Part shown: positions 1 through 12,202 of the stretch, piece after piece
How positions within the stretch are numbered: position 1 is the stretch's first letter
Layout: each line of letters opens with the position of its first letter
NCBI GenBank assembly: GCA_017654855.1
Contig: CM030335.1
Coordinates: forward strand, 3,658,001-3,722,000
Direction of reading: 5' to 3'
DNA length: 64,000 bases
Source: Podospora anserina
Taxonomy: Eukaryota
Notes under the pieces: generated by a model
Told to the model about the DNA's origin: nothing
What the model saw: only the letters and a program-made list of their open reading frames with translations
Databases searched by the model: none
Translations under genes and position numbers: made by a program

Positions 1-1856
1 ACCGGCACTCCTCAAAAGTCCCGCGCATCTCATGGGGTTCGATGGTGATCTTGCCACGGAATGGCTCGAGGCGCTCTTTCATGGCCGCTGAGAATTGCTT
101 GTGCGTCTCCTCCCATGGCTTGTCGTTGGAATCAGGGGCGCCCGACAGACCATTTGTCTCTGTCCTCCCTGTCTTGCTTGCAATCTCGAGAATGCCAAAG
201 ACTTTGTACCGGCTGTGATGGACACGTTAGGTACTCCTTTATCTACTGCCGACCTTGTCTTCCAGAAAGTGCAAAGTAACTCACTGTGTGCCCATGAACC
301 CCCTTTCACCCACATACGCCTCGATGATACCATCAAGGACACCCATGAGTCTTGGATCGCCCGACTGTTTAACAAATTCGGGGATGCGGTAGTGGTATTC
401 GATGGCGGCAATAAAGGCCCGAAGATTGGAGGGAAGCCATGCACGAAGATGCAGACCCTCCTTGCCGAGAAAAGAGTCGTAACTGGTGCGGCCCAAGAAC
501 GCATCCATGACGAGAAAAGGGGGGAACTGAAGACCGGATGAAGCAGGGCAACGTTTGCTCAGAGGCGCTGAGAACTTGCCCCAGCGAACCCATTGGTGGC
601 CTGGAACGTAGTTTTCACCCGAGTTGGGATTCGTGTTGATGGTGTGAAAGGCATTGGGCATGCGTTCGAGGATTTCCTTGAGTCGTATCAGCTCTCGAAG
701 GAGGCCCTCGACATTGCGGTTCATGACGTGCTCCTGGCAGGCTGCTATGGCATCGGGGCCATGTTGGAATGATGCCGACGTATCGGCACAGCCCTTCTGG
801 AAGGCAATTTCTGTCCTCTCGCCAAAGACAGGCCATCGCATGTCCATGTTGTCGAATCTTCCCACGTATGGGTATGTGGCGGTCTTGTCACGCAACTTCA
901 TGTTGAACTGTGGACGGATGTGCTGTTAGCAAGACTCAAAGATCAAAACAGAAAGAAGAGAAAGATAACACCCGGCCCACTTACGGATGATTGGTCAAAG
1001 AAGGTGAGATGGGGGATGGATCGACCGAGGCGCCTTGAAACCTGCCAGTATGGTAGCGCAATGCTTCGCGGAATTCCAACCAGCTCTTCTCCCAGATCGT
1101 CTCCCATTTCGCACTTGGGCCGCCATTTCGTAGGATTGACCGTTACTCCCTCGTTGCCGTCGTTATTATCCTCGTATCGATAGATGGAGCACAGCATACC
1201 GAGAGCTACCACCGCTGCCCACAATGCCCTGTCTGGAATGACTTCTGGTGTTCCCTCAACGATGGGGAGGGCGGCAACGGATTCCCGGACACGACCCCTG
1301 GCCACACATCCCGGCATTCGTTCACACAAATCTGACCATATCCGTCCCGGTGAGTTGGCGAGAGCACCAGGAGACTCGTCGTAATCTGGTGGACAAAACC
1401 CGTGCTCGACGCTGAGGTACCCATCTTTCCAGCCAGTCCTTGGTCCAATCTCCTCAGCTCTGATCATTACTTGACGCGCAGGGGCCCCTAGTGCAACAGC
1501 CAAAAGATCCTGTTCGGCCACATTGAGTGTATCGATGTTCTTCATTCCGCTGATCTCGTTGACTGTTGGAATATTGGCGTACAGCACCTCGTTGATCGAC
1601 TTGCGTTCCCTCATTCGCAGCCACTCTTCGGCATCCACCCCTCGGGGGATCTGTCTTGTGTCAGTCGACGTTATCCGACGATTATTTCCAGACTTCGGCT
1701 CACATCAAATGCTGCGTGAATGTCTCCCGGTTGGGTATAGCCAGAAAAGGAGCAGCCCCGAGGTCCCATGCGGCTGCTGGACCGGCTGCCAGCAACTGAA
1801 CCAGCAGGACACTGGCCGCCGGCCACGCCAGACACCGGACATGATTGCATAGACAT
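1..1856 (-). CDS. Indoleamine 2,3-dioxygenase/PrnB-like heme protein, 3'-partial (runs off the left edge)
   Basis: Spliced model: ATG 1856 (MSMQSCPVSG), introns ~1651-1703, 908-984 and ~213-284, all GT..AG with branch sites, joining ORFs 943..1638 and 281..901. IDO-like segments: 'ALPYWQVSRRLGRSIPHLTF', 'SGLQFPPFLVMDAFLG', 'FMGTHRYKVFG' (candidate proximal His). The frame stays open to position 1. Confidence 0.75.
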
Positions 1857-2918
1857 TATGTGGTATGTAAACAAAGGCTGGAACAAAACACGCCAAATAG
1901 CAAAAGCCACTGTTGAACAAGGTAAATATTAGACAAGAAGGGGTATCAAAAAAGGGGCCTCCAGGGCGATGAGAAGTAAACACAGCCAAACAGGCAAGCT
2001 GCAAAGCACAGCGGCTGGATCAACAACAGCAAGGAACGTGTCGGTAGAGTGACAGCATCACGGTGGGTGGATCAAAGAGAAAGTTCGGGAGGTCCGGCCA
2101 GAGGTTATACTGAGCGCCAAGCCCCGATGTTCCCTCTCAGAGAGACACCAAAGGAAACGGCGGGCGGGCAAATCCAGGATCAGCTGCGTCCAGGCGGCGG
2201 CAGACGAAGGGGGGGAGACTTGGATGAGCCCATCTCGAAACGGATCGACGCGTCTTGGCTGTCGTCCCATGTGCTGGAGATTGTATGTACGGGGTCGGGG
2301 GGGCCAAAATTAGACCTCTCTTTTTCCATCTGCCAGGCAAGATGGCGTGAACTGGGCGTGAAGTTGTCGTGGTGTTTCAGGTCCCAGCCCTGGTCGCTGG
2401 TTGTTTAAGCTTGTCTGTGTGCGACGGGGGATTATTAGGTAATATCCGCTCCTCCATCCAATCAACATCGGACCGTTCCTGAGAGTGGGACGCAAGACAG
2501 GGGCTGGCTGCGACGCTGGCCTGGTGCCAAGCTCTTGGACCTGCAGCCGAATGCCTCCAGATGCCGCCGAAAATTCCAGGGAGAGTCCCAGATGTGAAAA
2601 CGCATCTCAAACCATCAGGAGGACGCCCACATCCCGAACTTGCAAGCTTTGGTCTTTGTGGAAAGGGGCCGCTTACATATCTGATTCTTACACAGTAACT
2701 GTCAAAAGACTTTCAGACTTCTGTGCCTCGCCAAGTCTTTGAAACGCCGTGTTTACCTTCACCTAACCATGACCGCAATGCTGCTGTGACACGATTCAGG
2801 CGCTATAAGAACAGCGTAGCAAGTCCCTGCAGAGGCTGGCAAGAGACATAAAGTCTAACTATTTCGTTCGTGTTTCCTTTCGTCGTATCTGATTCCACAT
2901 ACCTACCCTAGGCGCCTA

Positions 2919-4501
2919 CTACCAGGGTGGCTCCCAAGCCAAGTGTCCCGGATCCACGTTTTCTTCAAGAAGACAATCAAATGACTTCAAGGGAGAAGCC
3001 TTGTCGAAGTCTAGGTCCCTCCCCAACCCCCATGCGTCTAATGGACCCACGGGGAGCAGCTGCATGTTCATGTCATAACGACTGGGCGAAAGGGCATCTT
3101 CGGCGATCTTGTTGGCGCTGATGATCTGGTTGATCTGGTCGTCGTTCCATGGTTGACCTGGGTCGAAATTGCATCTTGTGCGTGATGTTGGCTTATTGAT
3201 GTCGGCCAGCAGCTGAGGGAACCTAACAACATGCCAGCAATTTTCCGCAGTTTCCATCCGCATCCAGAGAGTGCGCTTAGGATCGTTGAACCGACGTTCC
3301 TTTGCAACTTGCCAAGCAGCGTCTCGCTGAACGGCTTCGCGAAACACGTCGGCTGACCGGTCCTGTGTTGGGCCGCCGTCGAGAACCAAGTTGAAGGCGT
3401 CAGAAATACCAGGATGTGAGGCTTCTGCCATCCATAACGCTACTTGCCTCGTGACATGGTTCGCTGGCAAGGCATCATGGTCCGTCGCGCCCCAGTTGAG
3501 CAGGCCAACCGTGAACCCGCTGAAAGGATCTAGAAATTGCCCCCTAGCCTCGCCCCAAGCTCTTGCTTGGAAGAGATTGTTCCAAAGACTAGCACGTCGC
3601 TCTATCATGAGTCCTGAATTTTCCAGGTAAAAAGGCAAAAGACCGCGTATAGGGCACTCGGGATGGGCAACCGATACTCTGTCCTCGTCAAGATGAATCC
3701 GGCGTATATGCTTTCTTGTGGTGGTAGGGAGGGAATTTAGGAAATAAATTGCTGCGGTTGCTGCAGAAAATCTGAACCTGCCAGGGTGGTCCCGCCACAT
3801 ATCTCTGAGAGCTGCTGAAGCCTCTCGTTTGCGTATGGGTAGACGGGCACCGATCCTATCAAGCTCGTCGTCGGTTGGAATTCTCCACGGTTCCTTTATA
3901 ACGTCAAGGTAGGCAGCCAGGCCGCCTCTCACATCCCATCGTCTCGTGTGATATTCGAAGTTTTCATGTTCGGTCGGCGTGCCAACATGGGTGCGACAGG
4001 CAGGTTCAGTGACAGCTTTGGCTATTAGCCGGGCCCTGAGGTCGCGCTGAACAGATGGAACCTGATCCCACCCACCCTATCAAAGTTCGGAAGACTGCTG
4101 TTTTTGTAATGGCAGAAGATGGCATGGATAAAGGATTGTGGACCAGCTACTTCTTGGACCTCCTCTGCGGGTACGATCTGGGTCACCTTGTACCACCCGA
4201 CATGGCTTCTGAATCGCGAGACAAAATAAGCCCAACGTGCAGCTCTGGTGTGAAGTTGTCGTGAGTAGAGTGTTGAGAATGCGATGGAGTGGAGGCTCAG
4301 CGCCAGCCCTCGCATCTCTTGGGCAATGAGCTTGCAGGTGTACATCAAATCGAGCTCGATCGGCTGATTGTTTGCCTTTCTCAATTGGCCGGCTTCAAAG
4401 TCGTAAACATATCCATCTTCGGTGTCGTCGCAAAGATAGTCGCGGTAGATCTGATAGCAAAGCTCGCCTGGCAGCGAGAGCAGTTGTGCTGGAAATTGCA
4501 T
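2919..4501 (-). pseudogene. F-box-like hypothetical protein, frameshifted near 4080
   Basis: N-terminus 'LLSLPGELCYQIYRDYL' is F-box-like. ORF 4025..4501 stops, while the frame of ORF 2919..3932 is open upstream to ~4078 (WDQVPSVQRDLRARLIAKAV...). No convincing intron bridges the two frames. Confidence 0.6.
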
Positions 4502-6127
4502 GTTGCTGGCAAAGATTTGATCCGGGGAAAAGATTGGCGTGAGAAGCGGAAAGGAAGCTCATATCCTATTATGACCAAGGAGCCCTTTTTGTGTGCTCTT
4601 GGAGATGTTGTGCGGCAGGACCTACGGAGAAGCTGGTGGGTTGTGGCATCGAGTTGTATTTCGACCAGTGACTCAACACGCCGTGCAAGCGCTAATAGAA
4701 CACCTGCTGGCGGTACTCCGTATCGAACAGTACGCGTAGAAACATACTGACTATTCGATGCCCAGATGTTGCCGTTTAATATGATTTCCCGGTGCGAACT
4801 CTCAGTTTTTGAGAGACGGCAGAATTTTAGAGAAACAGTGCCACTGACGTCGGCATCACGTGTCTGTCACATGAGTAAGCTGGTACCTTCAGGAGACTCT
4901 CTGGGAAGACTCATACGGGCATCCGAAAGTGGACACACGCTGGTCAAACCTTTTCTTAATAAGCGCCTTTCTCGATTTGACATTGTTCATATTGCGGTAT
5001 AAAACCCCTCCCACTTGTCAAGATCAATTCCAACATCTTGCTGTCCGGTCTCACAGATGCCAGACTCATCGCGGTCTGTACAACTACCTTCTTGGATGAA
5101 TGTGGTTTGGTGTGTTGCATCCAAGTCTTGGTATTGGGTCGGTTCCGGTGGCACCTCGGCCATCGGTTCTCCATGTACCACCTATCTCACCTGGCCGGTT
5201 TCCCATCAGGTATCATTTGACACCCCTCTGCAGTTGAACTGAAGTGCAGATGCGGTAAAATAAAGTACGGTCTGTGCTCTGATCGTACCTGACATCCACC
5301 AACACCCCAGATCACTGGTACCCTTGGCGATACCCAGCTGCAACAGGTTGTAGGCACAAACAGCACCGTTCCACATCCGATCAGTGTGAAGCTGCTTCAT
5401 CTGGATGACACGATCATTCATCCACAACTTGATGTCTCTTGTAGAGATTGCTCATGGAGAAGGCGCCGGAGCCTGGAATTCAAGCACATGCCAAGAGGCC
5501 CGGTAGTTTGGGGCGCTAATTGCGATGCTTTAGCTCCCCCATTCCCGCGATAAATTGCGATCCACGATTCCATGAGGTATCCCACAGTTGGCAAGACACG
5601 GAAGAATTCCCTCGACGGCGCAGTCTTGTCGTAAAGAAGCCATGCATGTGCCCATCTCAGACAAAACATCACGCCCCCGATGAATGCGGAATGCAGTGAG
5701 ACGCGATGAAAAAGAAAAGAGAGCGCTGTGAGATTGCATCATTGGTCAACACAGGAGGAGGGCGGGGACATGGGCCTGGTTCTAATACTGATCCTCAGTT
5801 GTCGACACCTTTTGGGCTAGCACCGGCATTGCTTGGCACCCGCCACACCGTGGCCAGCCCTCTTGGTCGCCTTGGTTCCCTTGGTTCCCCTCCCGCGGGA
5901 AGAAGCCGCTCACTCGTAAAAATGTCTGCTGCAGGGGGGGCAGAAGAAAAGTGAAGCTGTATAAACCACTGCTGATCCCCCTCCCCCTCCTCGGTCTGGC
6001 TTCTGGGTCTGCAAAAGACAGGACCGGTCTCATCACATCCTCATTGATGCGGGACAAAGCATCATCATAGTCTCTCGTTTATTATTATTACATTTTTGTA
6101 ATCCCTTAATTTTCAGCCCTTATCACG

Positions 6128-8614
6128 ATGCGTTTCCCGTCGCTCTTGACGCTTTCCGTCCTCTTCCTTGGGGCAACGGCCTTGCCCCTGAATGACGCTC
6201 TCGACGCCGAGATTCATGAGCTGCTCAAGCGTGAAACGGCCGAGAAGAGCAACTGCCAGTTCAAGAGCCGACATGGACCGGGACCCAAGCCGCCACTGCC
6301 GCCACTGCCTCCGACTCCTCCGGTGACCTGCGATGACTTTTGGTTGGCGAGAATTGACCACGAAGGCGTGGCCCCGTATGCCCCAACGGCGGGCTATCAA
6401 GTCTGGCGCAATGTGAAGGACTTTGGTGCAGTTGGTGATGGTATTGCTGATGACACGGCTGCCATCAACGAGGCCATCAGTTCCCAAGGCCGGTGCGGTC
6501 CAGGTTGCACTGGCAGCACCATCACTCCTGGCCTCATCTACTTCCCTCCCGGCACGTATAGGGTGACCGCGCCCATCACCGACTTCTACTACACCCAGCT
6601 GATCGGAAATCCGGGATGCCCTCCCGTCATCAAGGCTGACTTCAACTTTGTTGGTCGCTGGGTTCTTGATACCAACCCATACCAGGATGGCGGTGTCCTC
6701 GCATGGGGCGCCACCAACGTGTTCTGGCGCCAGGTCGCTCACTTTGTTTTCGACTTGACAGATGTTGCCTTCGACACCGAGATTGCCGCCATTCACTGGC
6801 CCAGTTCGCAGGCCACCTCTCTTTCCAACGTCGAGTTCCGCCTTTCCGAGGCGCCAGGTACCCGTCACCAAGGTCTTTTTATCGAGGAGGGTTCTGGCGG
6901 CTATATTGGCGATCTCGTCTTCTACGGTGGTAACCAGGCCATGATTGTTGGTAACCAGCAATTTACTTTCAAGAACATCGCCATCTACAACGCTCGGACT
7001 GCTATCGAGCACTTTTGGTCTTGGGGCTGGACTTATGTTGGAATCAGTATCACCAACTGTTCGACAGGATGGGATTTGACTTCAAACAACGGCACCTTTG
7101 TCAATGTGGGCACCATCACCATCATTGACAGCAGCATCACCGACACGCCCATCGGCATCGCCTATGCCTGGCCCAATCCCAACCAGCCCAACGTTGGAAA
7201 CACGTTGATTGTTGAGAACCTTGACTTGGAGAATGTTCCTGTGGCCGTCAGAGGCCCCTTTGGCACCGTTCTTCCTGGAACCACTTCCACCACCACCAGC
7301 CTTACCATTCCCGCTTGGGGCCGCGGAAACAGCTACGACGAGAACAGCGGTCCCGTTTTCTTCCAGGGCACCTTCACTCCACCAACTCGTCCTTCTGCGC
7401 TGACAGCCCCCGGAGGAAGATACTTCACCGCGTCCAAGCCGTACTACGAGGATCAGCCTCTGTCTGCCTTCCTCACTGCTCGCGAATTTGGCGCCAAGGG
7501 TGATGGTTCCACCGACGACACCCGGGCTCTCAACCGTCTGTTTGAGGCAGCCGCGAAGAGAAGAAAGATTGCGTACATCAACGCCGGTATGTACCGCGTG
7601 ACCCGCACAGTGTTCATCCCACCTGGATCTCGCATCTTTGGTGACTCTTCTTTCCCTGTCATCCTGTCATCCGGCCGCTACTTTGAGAATCCAACACGTC
7701 CCCAGCCAGTGGTCCAAGTCGGCAACCGCCGTGGACCGGGATCTGAAGGCCGCATCCAGTGGTCCAACACCATCGTTTCCACTCGCGGCAAGCAGCCCGG
7801 CGCCATCCTGATCGAGTACAACCTCGCCACCACCCGCGCGGGTCAGTACTCGGGCATGTGGGACGTCCACACCCGCATCGGTGGCTTCGCAGGCTCCGAC
7901 CTCCAGCTCACCCAGTGCCCCAAGACGCCCGAGACCCCCATCACCAGCGCCAACCTCGACGTCGACTGCGTGGCCGCCTTCATGTCCATGCACATTACCC
8001 GCAACGCGGCGAACCTCTACCAGGAGAACAACTGGATCTGGGTCGCCGACCACGACATTGAAGAGCCGGCCAACAACCAGCAGATCACCGTCTACGCCGG
8101 CCGCGGCCTCCTCGTCGAGGACACCCGCGGCCCGCTCTGGCTCGTCGCCTCGAGCGTGGAGCACCACCAGCTGTACGAATACCAGTTCTACAAAGCGTCC
8201 ACCATCTTTGCTGGCCAGGTCCAGACCGAGACGGCCTACTACCAGCCCAACCCCGACGCCCGCCTCCCCTTCGCGCCTGACGCGCGCTACCACGACCCGG
8301 AGCTGCTCACCCCCGGTGATTCCGGGTGGGGCGTCCGGGCGGTCGACACGACCGATCTGTTCATCTACGGCGCGGGCTTGTACAGCTTCTTTGACAACTA
8401 CGACGTCAACTGCTCGCAGGTGGGGACCGGGACGAGGTGCCAGCAGAGGATCTTGAGCCTGGAGCGGTCGAGGGCCACGATTTACAACCTCAACACTGTG
8501 GGGACGGAGAACATGGTGACGATTGATGGGGTGGATCAGGCCAGCTATTTGGATAACTTGAATGGGTTCATCAGCAGTGTTGCTTTGGTGGAGACGAGGG
8601 ATTTGGTGGTTTAG
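6128..8614 (+). CDS. Secreted GH55 exo-beta-1,3-glucanase (two beta-helix domains)
   Basis: Intronless 828 aa with signal peptide; 'WRNVKDFGAVGDGIADDTAAIN', second 'FGAKGDGSTDDT', 'MWDVHTRIGG', 'ENNWIWVADHD', 'QTETAYYQP'. Confidence 0.95.
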   Translation: MRFPSLLTLSVLFLGATALPLNDALDAEIHELLKRETAEKSNCQFKSRHGPGPKPPLPPLPPTPPVTCDDFWLARIDHEGVAPYAPTAGYQVWRNVKDFGAVGDGIADDTAAINEAISSQGRCGPGCTGSTITPGLIYFPPGTYRVTAPITDFYYTQLIGNPGCPPVIKADFNFVGRWVLDTNPYQDGGVLAWGATNVFWRQVAHFVFDLTDVAFDTEIAAIHWPSSQATSLSNVEFRLSEAPGTRHQGLFIEEGSGGYIGDLVFYGGNQAMIVGNQQFTFKNIAIYNARTAIEHFWSWGWTYVGISITNCSTGWDLTSNNGTFVNVGTITIIDSSITDTPIGIAYAWPNPNQPNVGNTLIVENLDLENVPVAVRGPFGTVLPGTTSTTTSLTIPAWGRGNSYDENSGPVFFQGTFTPPTRPSALTAPGGRYFTASKPYYEDQPLSAFLTAREFGAKGDGSTDDTRALNRLFEAAAKRRKIAYINAGMYRVTRTVFIPPGSRIFGDSSFPVILSSGRYFENPTRPQPVVQVGNRRGPGSEGRIQWSNTIVSTRGKQPGAILIEYNLATTRAGQYSGMWDVHTRIGGFAGSDLQLTQCPKTPETPITSANLDVDCVAAFMSMHITRNAANLYQENNWIWVADHDIEEPANNQQITVYAGRGLLVEDTRGPLWLVASSVEHHQLYEYQFYKASTIFAGQVQTETAYYQPNPDARLPFAPDARYHDPELLTPGDSGWGVRAVDTTDLFIYGAGLYSFFDNYDVNCSQVGTGTRCQQRILSLERSRATIYNLNTVGTENMVTIDGVDQASYLDNLNGFISSVALVETRDLVV

Positions 8615-9034
8615 GAGTGAGAGAGGAGTTTTTTTGATGAAGAAATGACCATGGCTTTTTCTTTTTTTGACTTTTTTGACTTTTTTCATCTATGTGTCTG
8701 TGATGGATTGTGGGAAGATTCGGTTTTGGTTTGGGATATTTACTTTTTGTGTATAATGAGTACAGGCTTGGTGAACAGGCAAACCGAGCGCTGTGGAAAT
8801 TGAAAATTCATCGTCTTCCAGAAGTTGTTTGCCATAGTATTACTACTAAGTGCTGGTGTGTTGTTCTTGCCATAACTGGCTGTCATGTCCCAGCTCGACT
8901 ACTTGGGCTCAGGTGATGGTGTGCAATATCCATATCCGTACTCCAGTGGCAATTATACCGGTCTCACCGATATCATGCATCAGCTGATATGGTCTCCTTT
9001 ACACAATACATCATACAACGTAGCTCTTTCCTCC

Positions 9035-10325
9035 TCAACTCTCTCCCGTAGAACTGCTCTCATTTCGCTTACTCACATTCATCGCATCCTTCAGCCCGCC
9101 CAAAATGACGCGGTGTATTGCTTGAGTCCTAGTGTTGAGGTCCTGCTGCATTTCCTGCAGCTGTTCATAGGCCTCGATCAGCTTTTCAGGCGTCATGTTG
9201 CGGTATCTGTTCTCCCACAGCTGAACCAGGTTTGTCGTGATCGCCACCGAAGTAGCGAGTGAGGACAGAGCAGGCGATAATGCCGGTGGTTGGCCTTGTG
9301 ACGGCGGTGCTTGCGTGGTGGGGTTGTTCCTTTCTAGAATAGTCGCGAAGCGAGGGTGAAGAACAGGTGTTTCGGTACCCTGTACGGCAGCGGCAAAGCT
9401 GGGGTGAAGCGGTGGGTTTGCTGCTGTGGCTGTCGATGCTGGAGGTGGTGGTGATGTTAGATGGGCACTGCCTGCTATCCCTGTTAAAAAGCCAACGTTC
9501 GAGATTGTGGGTCACAAACGGATAACATACTGTTAGTAACTCCGGTACGTAGCGTACACGATGACCCAAGCTTCCCATACCAACAATTGGCACAAGACCC
9601 GCCAGTGTATTTCCCGAACTCGGCATCGTTGATGACGACACATTCGTTGTAGGGCCCCTTCATCTCGGCGCACCGCTCGCAGGCCTGCTTGCGAGGCAAG
9701 ACATCGCCACAAGCCTGCATCATGAAAGAGGGCATGTTTTGGGTTTTTTTGTTGTTCCAACGCAAGCTTACAGCCGGGATTCTTTTCACGGGTTGTCGGC
9801 ATAGCCAGCGGAAGAACGGAAATGTTCTCATCTGTATGGGTCTGTGCTGGGGAAATGTCTTTTCCAACAGGTCGAAACATGCTGGCAGGTGTTAGCAACA
9901 GTACTGGACCCAGAAGTCATGGCGGGAGATACAATTTACTCACGGAACTGTGTGGGTTGTTCGATGAAAGGTGCCGCAAAGCTTTGGCGCGCATGCATGG
10001 AGCCATTGGTGTAGGCGCAAGGGGTTGAGGAAGACGAGACATTGTGAGCCGAAGTTAAAAGCCTCTTGGATCTTGATGGGAAGTCTCCATCCTGATCATA
10101 TTCGGCTTTTCTTTTGGGGTTGTCAGGGAGCCTGCCCAGCACATGTGAGATGGCGCCGTTGGCTGAATCTGACAAGTCTTCGATTTTGAGAAGGTCATTG
10201 TCAATGCTATTATCGGAGGACTCGGACTCGGAGTCAGAAACACGGTCTGATTCTGATTCTGATTCTGATTCTGATTCTGATTCTGATTCTGATTCTGGAT
10301 AAGACGGTGCTACTGGTGGAGGCAT
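9035..10325 (-). CDS. DUF3716-type Cys-rich domain protein with acidic (SE)n N-terminus and C-terminal coiled coil
   Basis: ATG 10325 (MPPPVAPSYPESES), introns 9882-9943 and ~9482-9530 give one continuous frame to the stop at 9035. Motif 'CERCAEMKGPYNECV...GGSCANCWYGKLGSSC'. Confidence 0.7.
10248..10297. repeat. (CTGATT)n hexanucleotide microsatellite encoding a Ser-Glu tract on the minus strand
   Basis: About 8 perfect hexamer units directly visible. Confidence 0.95.
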
Positions 10326-11559
10326 TTCTTTTGATCGATGGTTGTGTGATGTCCAAAGGGGCACGGCGCTTGAGGTCAACTGGGATTCTGAGAAGAGCGT
10401 GATGGAATTTCGGTTCAGCAGCCACGCGCGCCGCGTCTGAAGAAGTACAAGCACCTGGGAGTAAAGTATTGGATCGACTGGTATTCATAAGATAGCTACC
10501 ATGAAGCGATGCAGCGTTACACCCTGTGGTTTCTGCGTCAAAAGAATCGCCTGGAATCTGGATGTTCATTTCATGTGAATGAGTTCGCGTTGAGAATCTG
10601 GTGGGGCAGCGACCACGGTCACCCACACACGTGATAGGCTAATGGCAGACCTCCAGGGTTAGGGCTATGTAGGTAGTCAGCCACGAGACAGGGCAGCTCA
10701 GGATTCCAAGGCATGTTGGTATCCACCTGTTTCTTGTATCGCTGGTTCCTGCTAGTTGTTGTTGGAATGTTTGTTATGATGTTCGACCGTTCTGGTTGGC
10801 CAAGATCAATACGTGTTTTACCCCTGAGAAGCCCATGAACAGCTCCACTCCGCTTACCACTATCAACAACCTGCCTACTACTGAAGGAGGTTGATTGACA
10901 GCACAAAAGAAGTCTTGTGAGTATTAGAATAAGAAGTTGAAGAGTCCAAGAAGATCAATGCATTCTTCCTTGCTAATCTCTTCGTGAATCACCGCACGAA
11001 AAGTACTCGACCAGGAATTTACCTCGAGGTAGCTGCTTGCCCCTGCCTCTACTTCTTTTCAAAGTGTAATACAGCTTAGGGTAGCCTTGTACAATGTTCC
11101 AAGACCCCGGCATTTGGGTCCCGCGTAATCCATTCGTGCGGCTCACCGGACATAGTCCCTCAAAGGGGTCCTGTCTAGATTTAATCCGGCCATATGCTCG
11201 AATGGCGTTTCTCTCAGAGATCAGCCCTGCCATTTCACCCCTCGTTTGACGATCAACCGACGAGCAGTCACCGGAATAGAGTGGGGCAGATTGCAGGTAG
11301 ATTAAAATACAAGGTCTTTGCGGTCTTGGTATTCTCCATTTACCCGCACAGAGCAAACAGCAGCATCCGGCATTTCATCGAAGCAATAATAAGCTTTCTA
11401 TATGCCCGTGCCACAGCGGTCTTGCAGTCCTTGCCTGGATCGAGGCCGTCACTATCATCGGCATGACTACCTTAGGTATATAGACACTCGGTCTTCCGCC
11501 CTTTGAATCTTGCCCCAGGGTTTGTCCCTTCACCGTCAACCAAACACAACATATCCAAG

Positions 11560-12202
11560 ATGCGGTTCTCACTCGTCCTTCTCGCCCCGATCCTCGGCGC
11601 CGTCGCTGCCCCCACCACCGACCTCGACAAGCGAGAGAACCTCTGCCACTTGCGCACCCCTCCCCAGCTTTGCACCCCTAACCCAAACACCACCGTCGAA
11701 GAGACCGCCATCAGGGCCTACAAGTTCTACCGTGCCTTTGTCACTGACGGAGACCCGAGGACCATGTTTTCACTGATCGACAACGTGTACAAGGTAACTT
11801 ATGTCTCTCCCGCCATTTAGCGAGAACGTGCACTGATGGCTTGCCGCGAACTTCAGCAAAACACCCCTGGATATCAGTCTGGACCCAACGTGATCTGGCC
11901 CCTGTTCTGCAGCGGCCGTCGTATTGGCACTGAGCAGGCCACGGCCTGGTGTTTCGATGCCAGCACCAACATGAGTTACGCGAGATACAGCGTTACGGAC
12001 CGGTGGAGGTGGGTTGATGGGTGTGTGCATGAGCATGTGAGTTTGGCCCTTTCTTGACATGTATCCCACTCCAAACATAAAAAAATACCGGTGTTCTAAC
12101 AACTTGGGAAAACAGTGGGACCAAGGCGAGCGTATCCCGGCGCAGGAGAAATGCTACCAGCTTCCAGCGGGCATTGTTGGCAAGCCGTTGGCGGAAATTT
12201 GA
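11560..12202 (+). CDS. Small secreted cysteine-containing protein, SnoaL/NTF2-like
   Basis: Signal peptide MRFSLVLLAPILGAVAA and KR propeptide site; introns ~11794-11856 and 12037-12115; 'YKQNTPGYQSG' and 'DRWRWVDGCVHEHWD' resemble SnoaL-like motifs; TGA at 12200. Confidence 0.75.

Noticed and set aside
4950..5750. Chain of short minus-strand ORFs that could be a gene relic
   Set aside because: No recognisable domain or consistent splice model.
6113..8689. Long antisense ORFs (299 and 340 aa) over GH55, and similar ones at 14336-15418 and 24913-26142
   Set aside because: They are shadows of strongly biased codon usage on the coding strand and carry no recognisable motifs.
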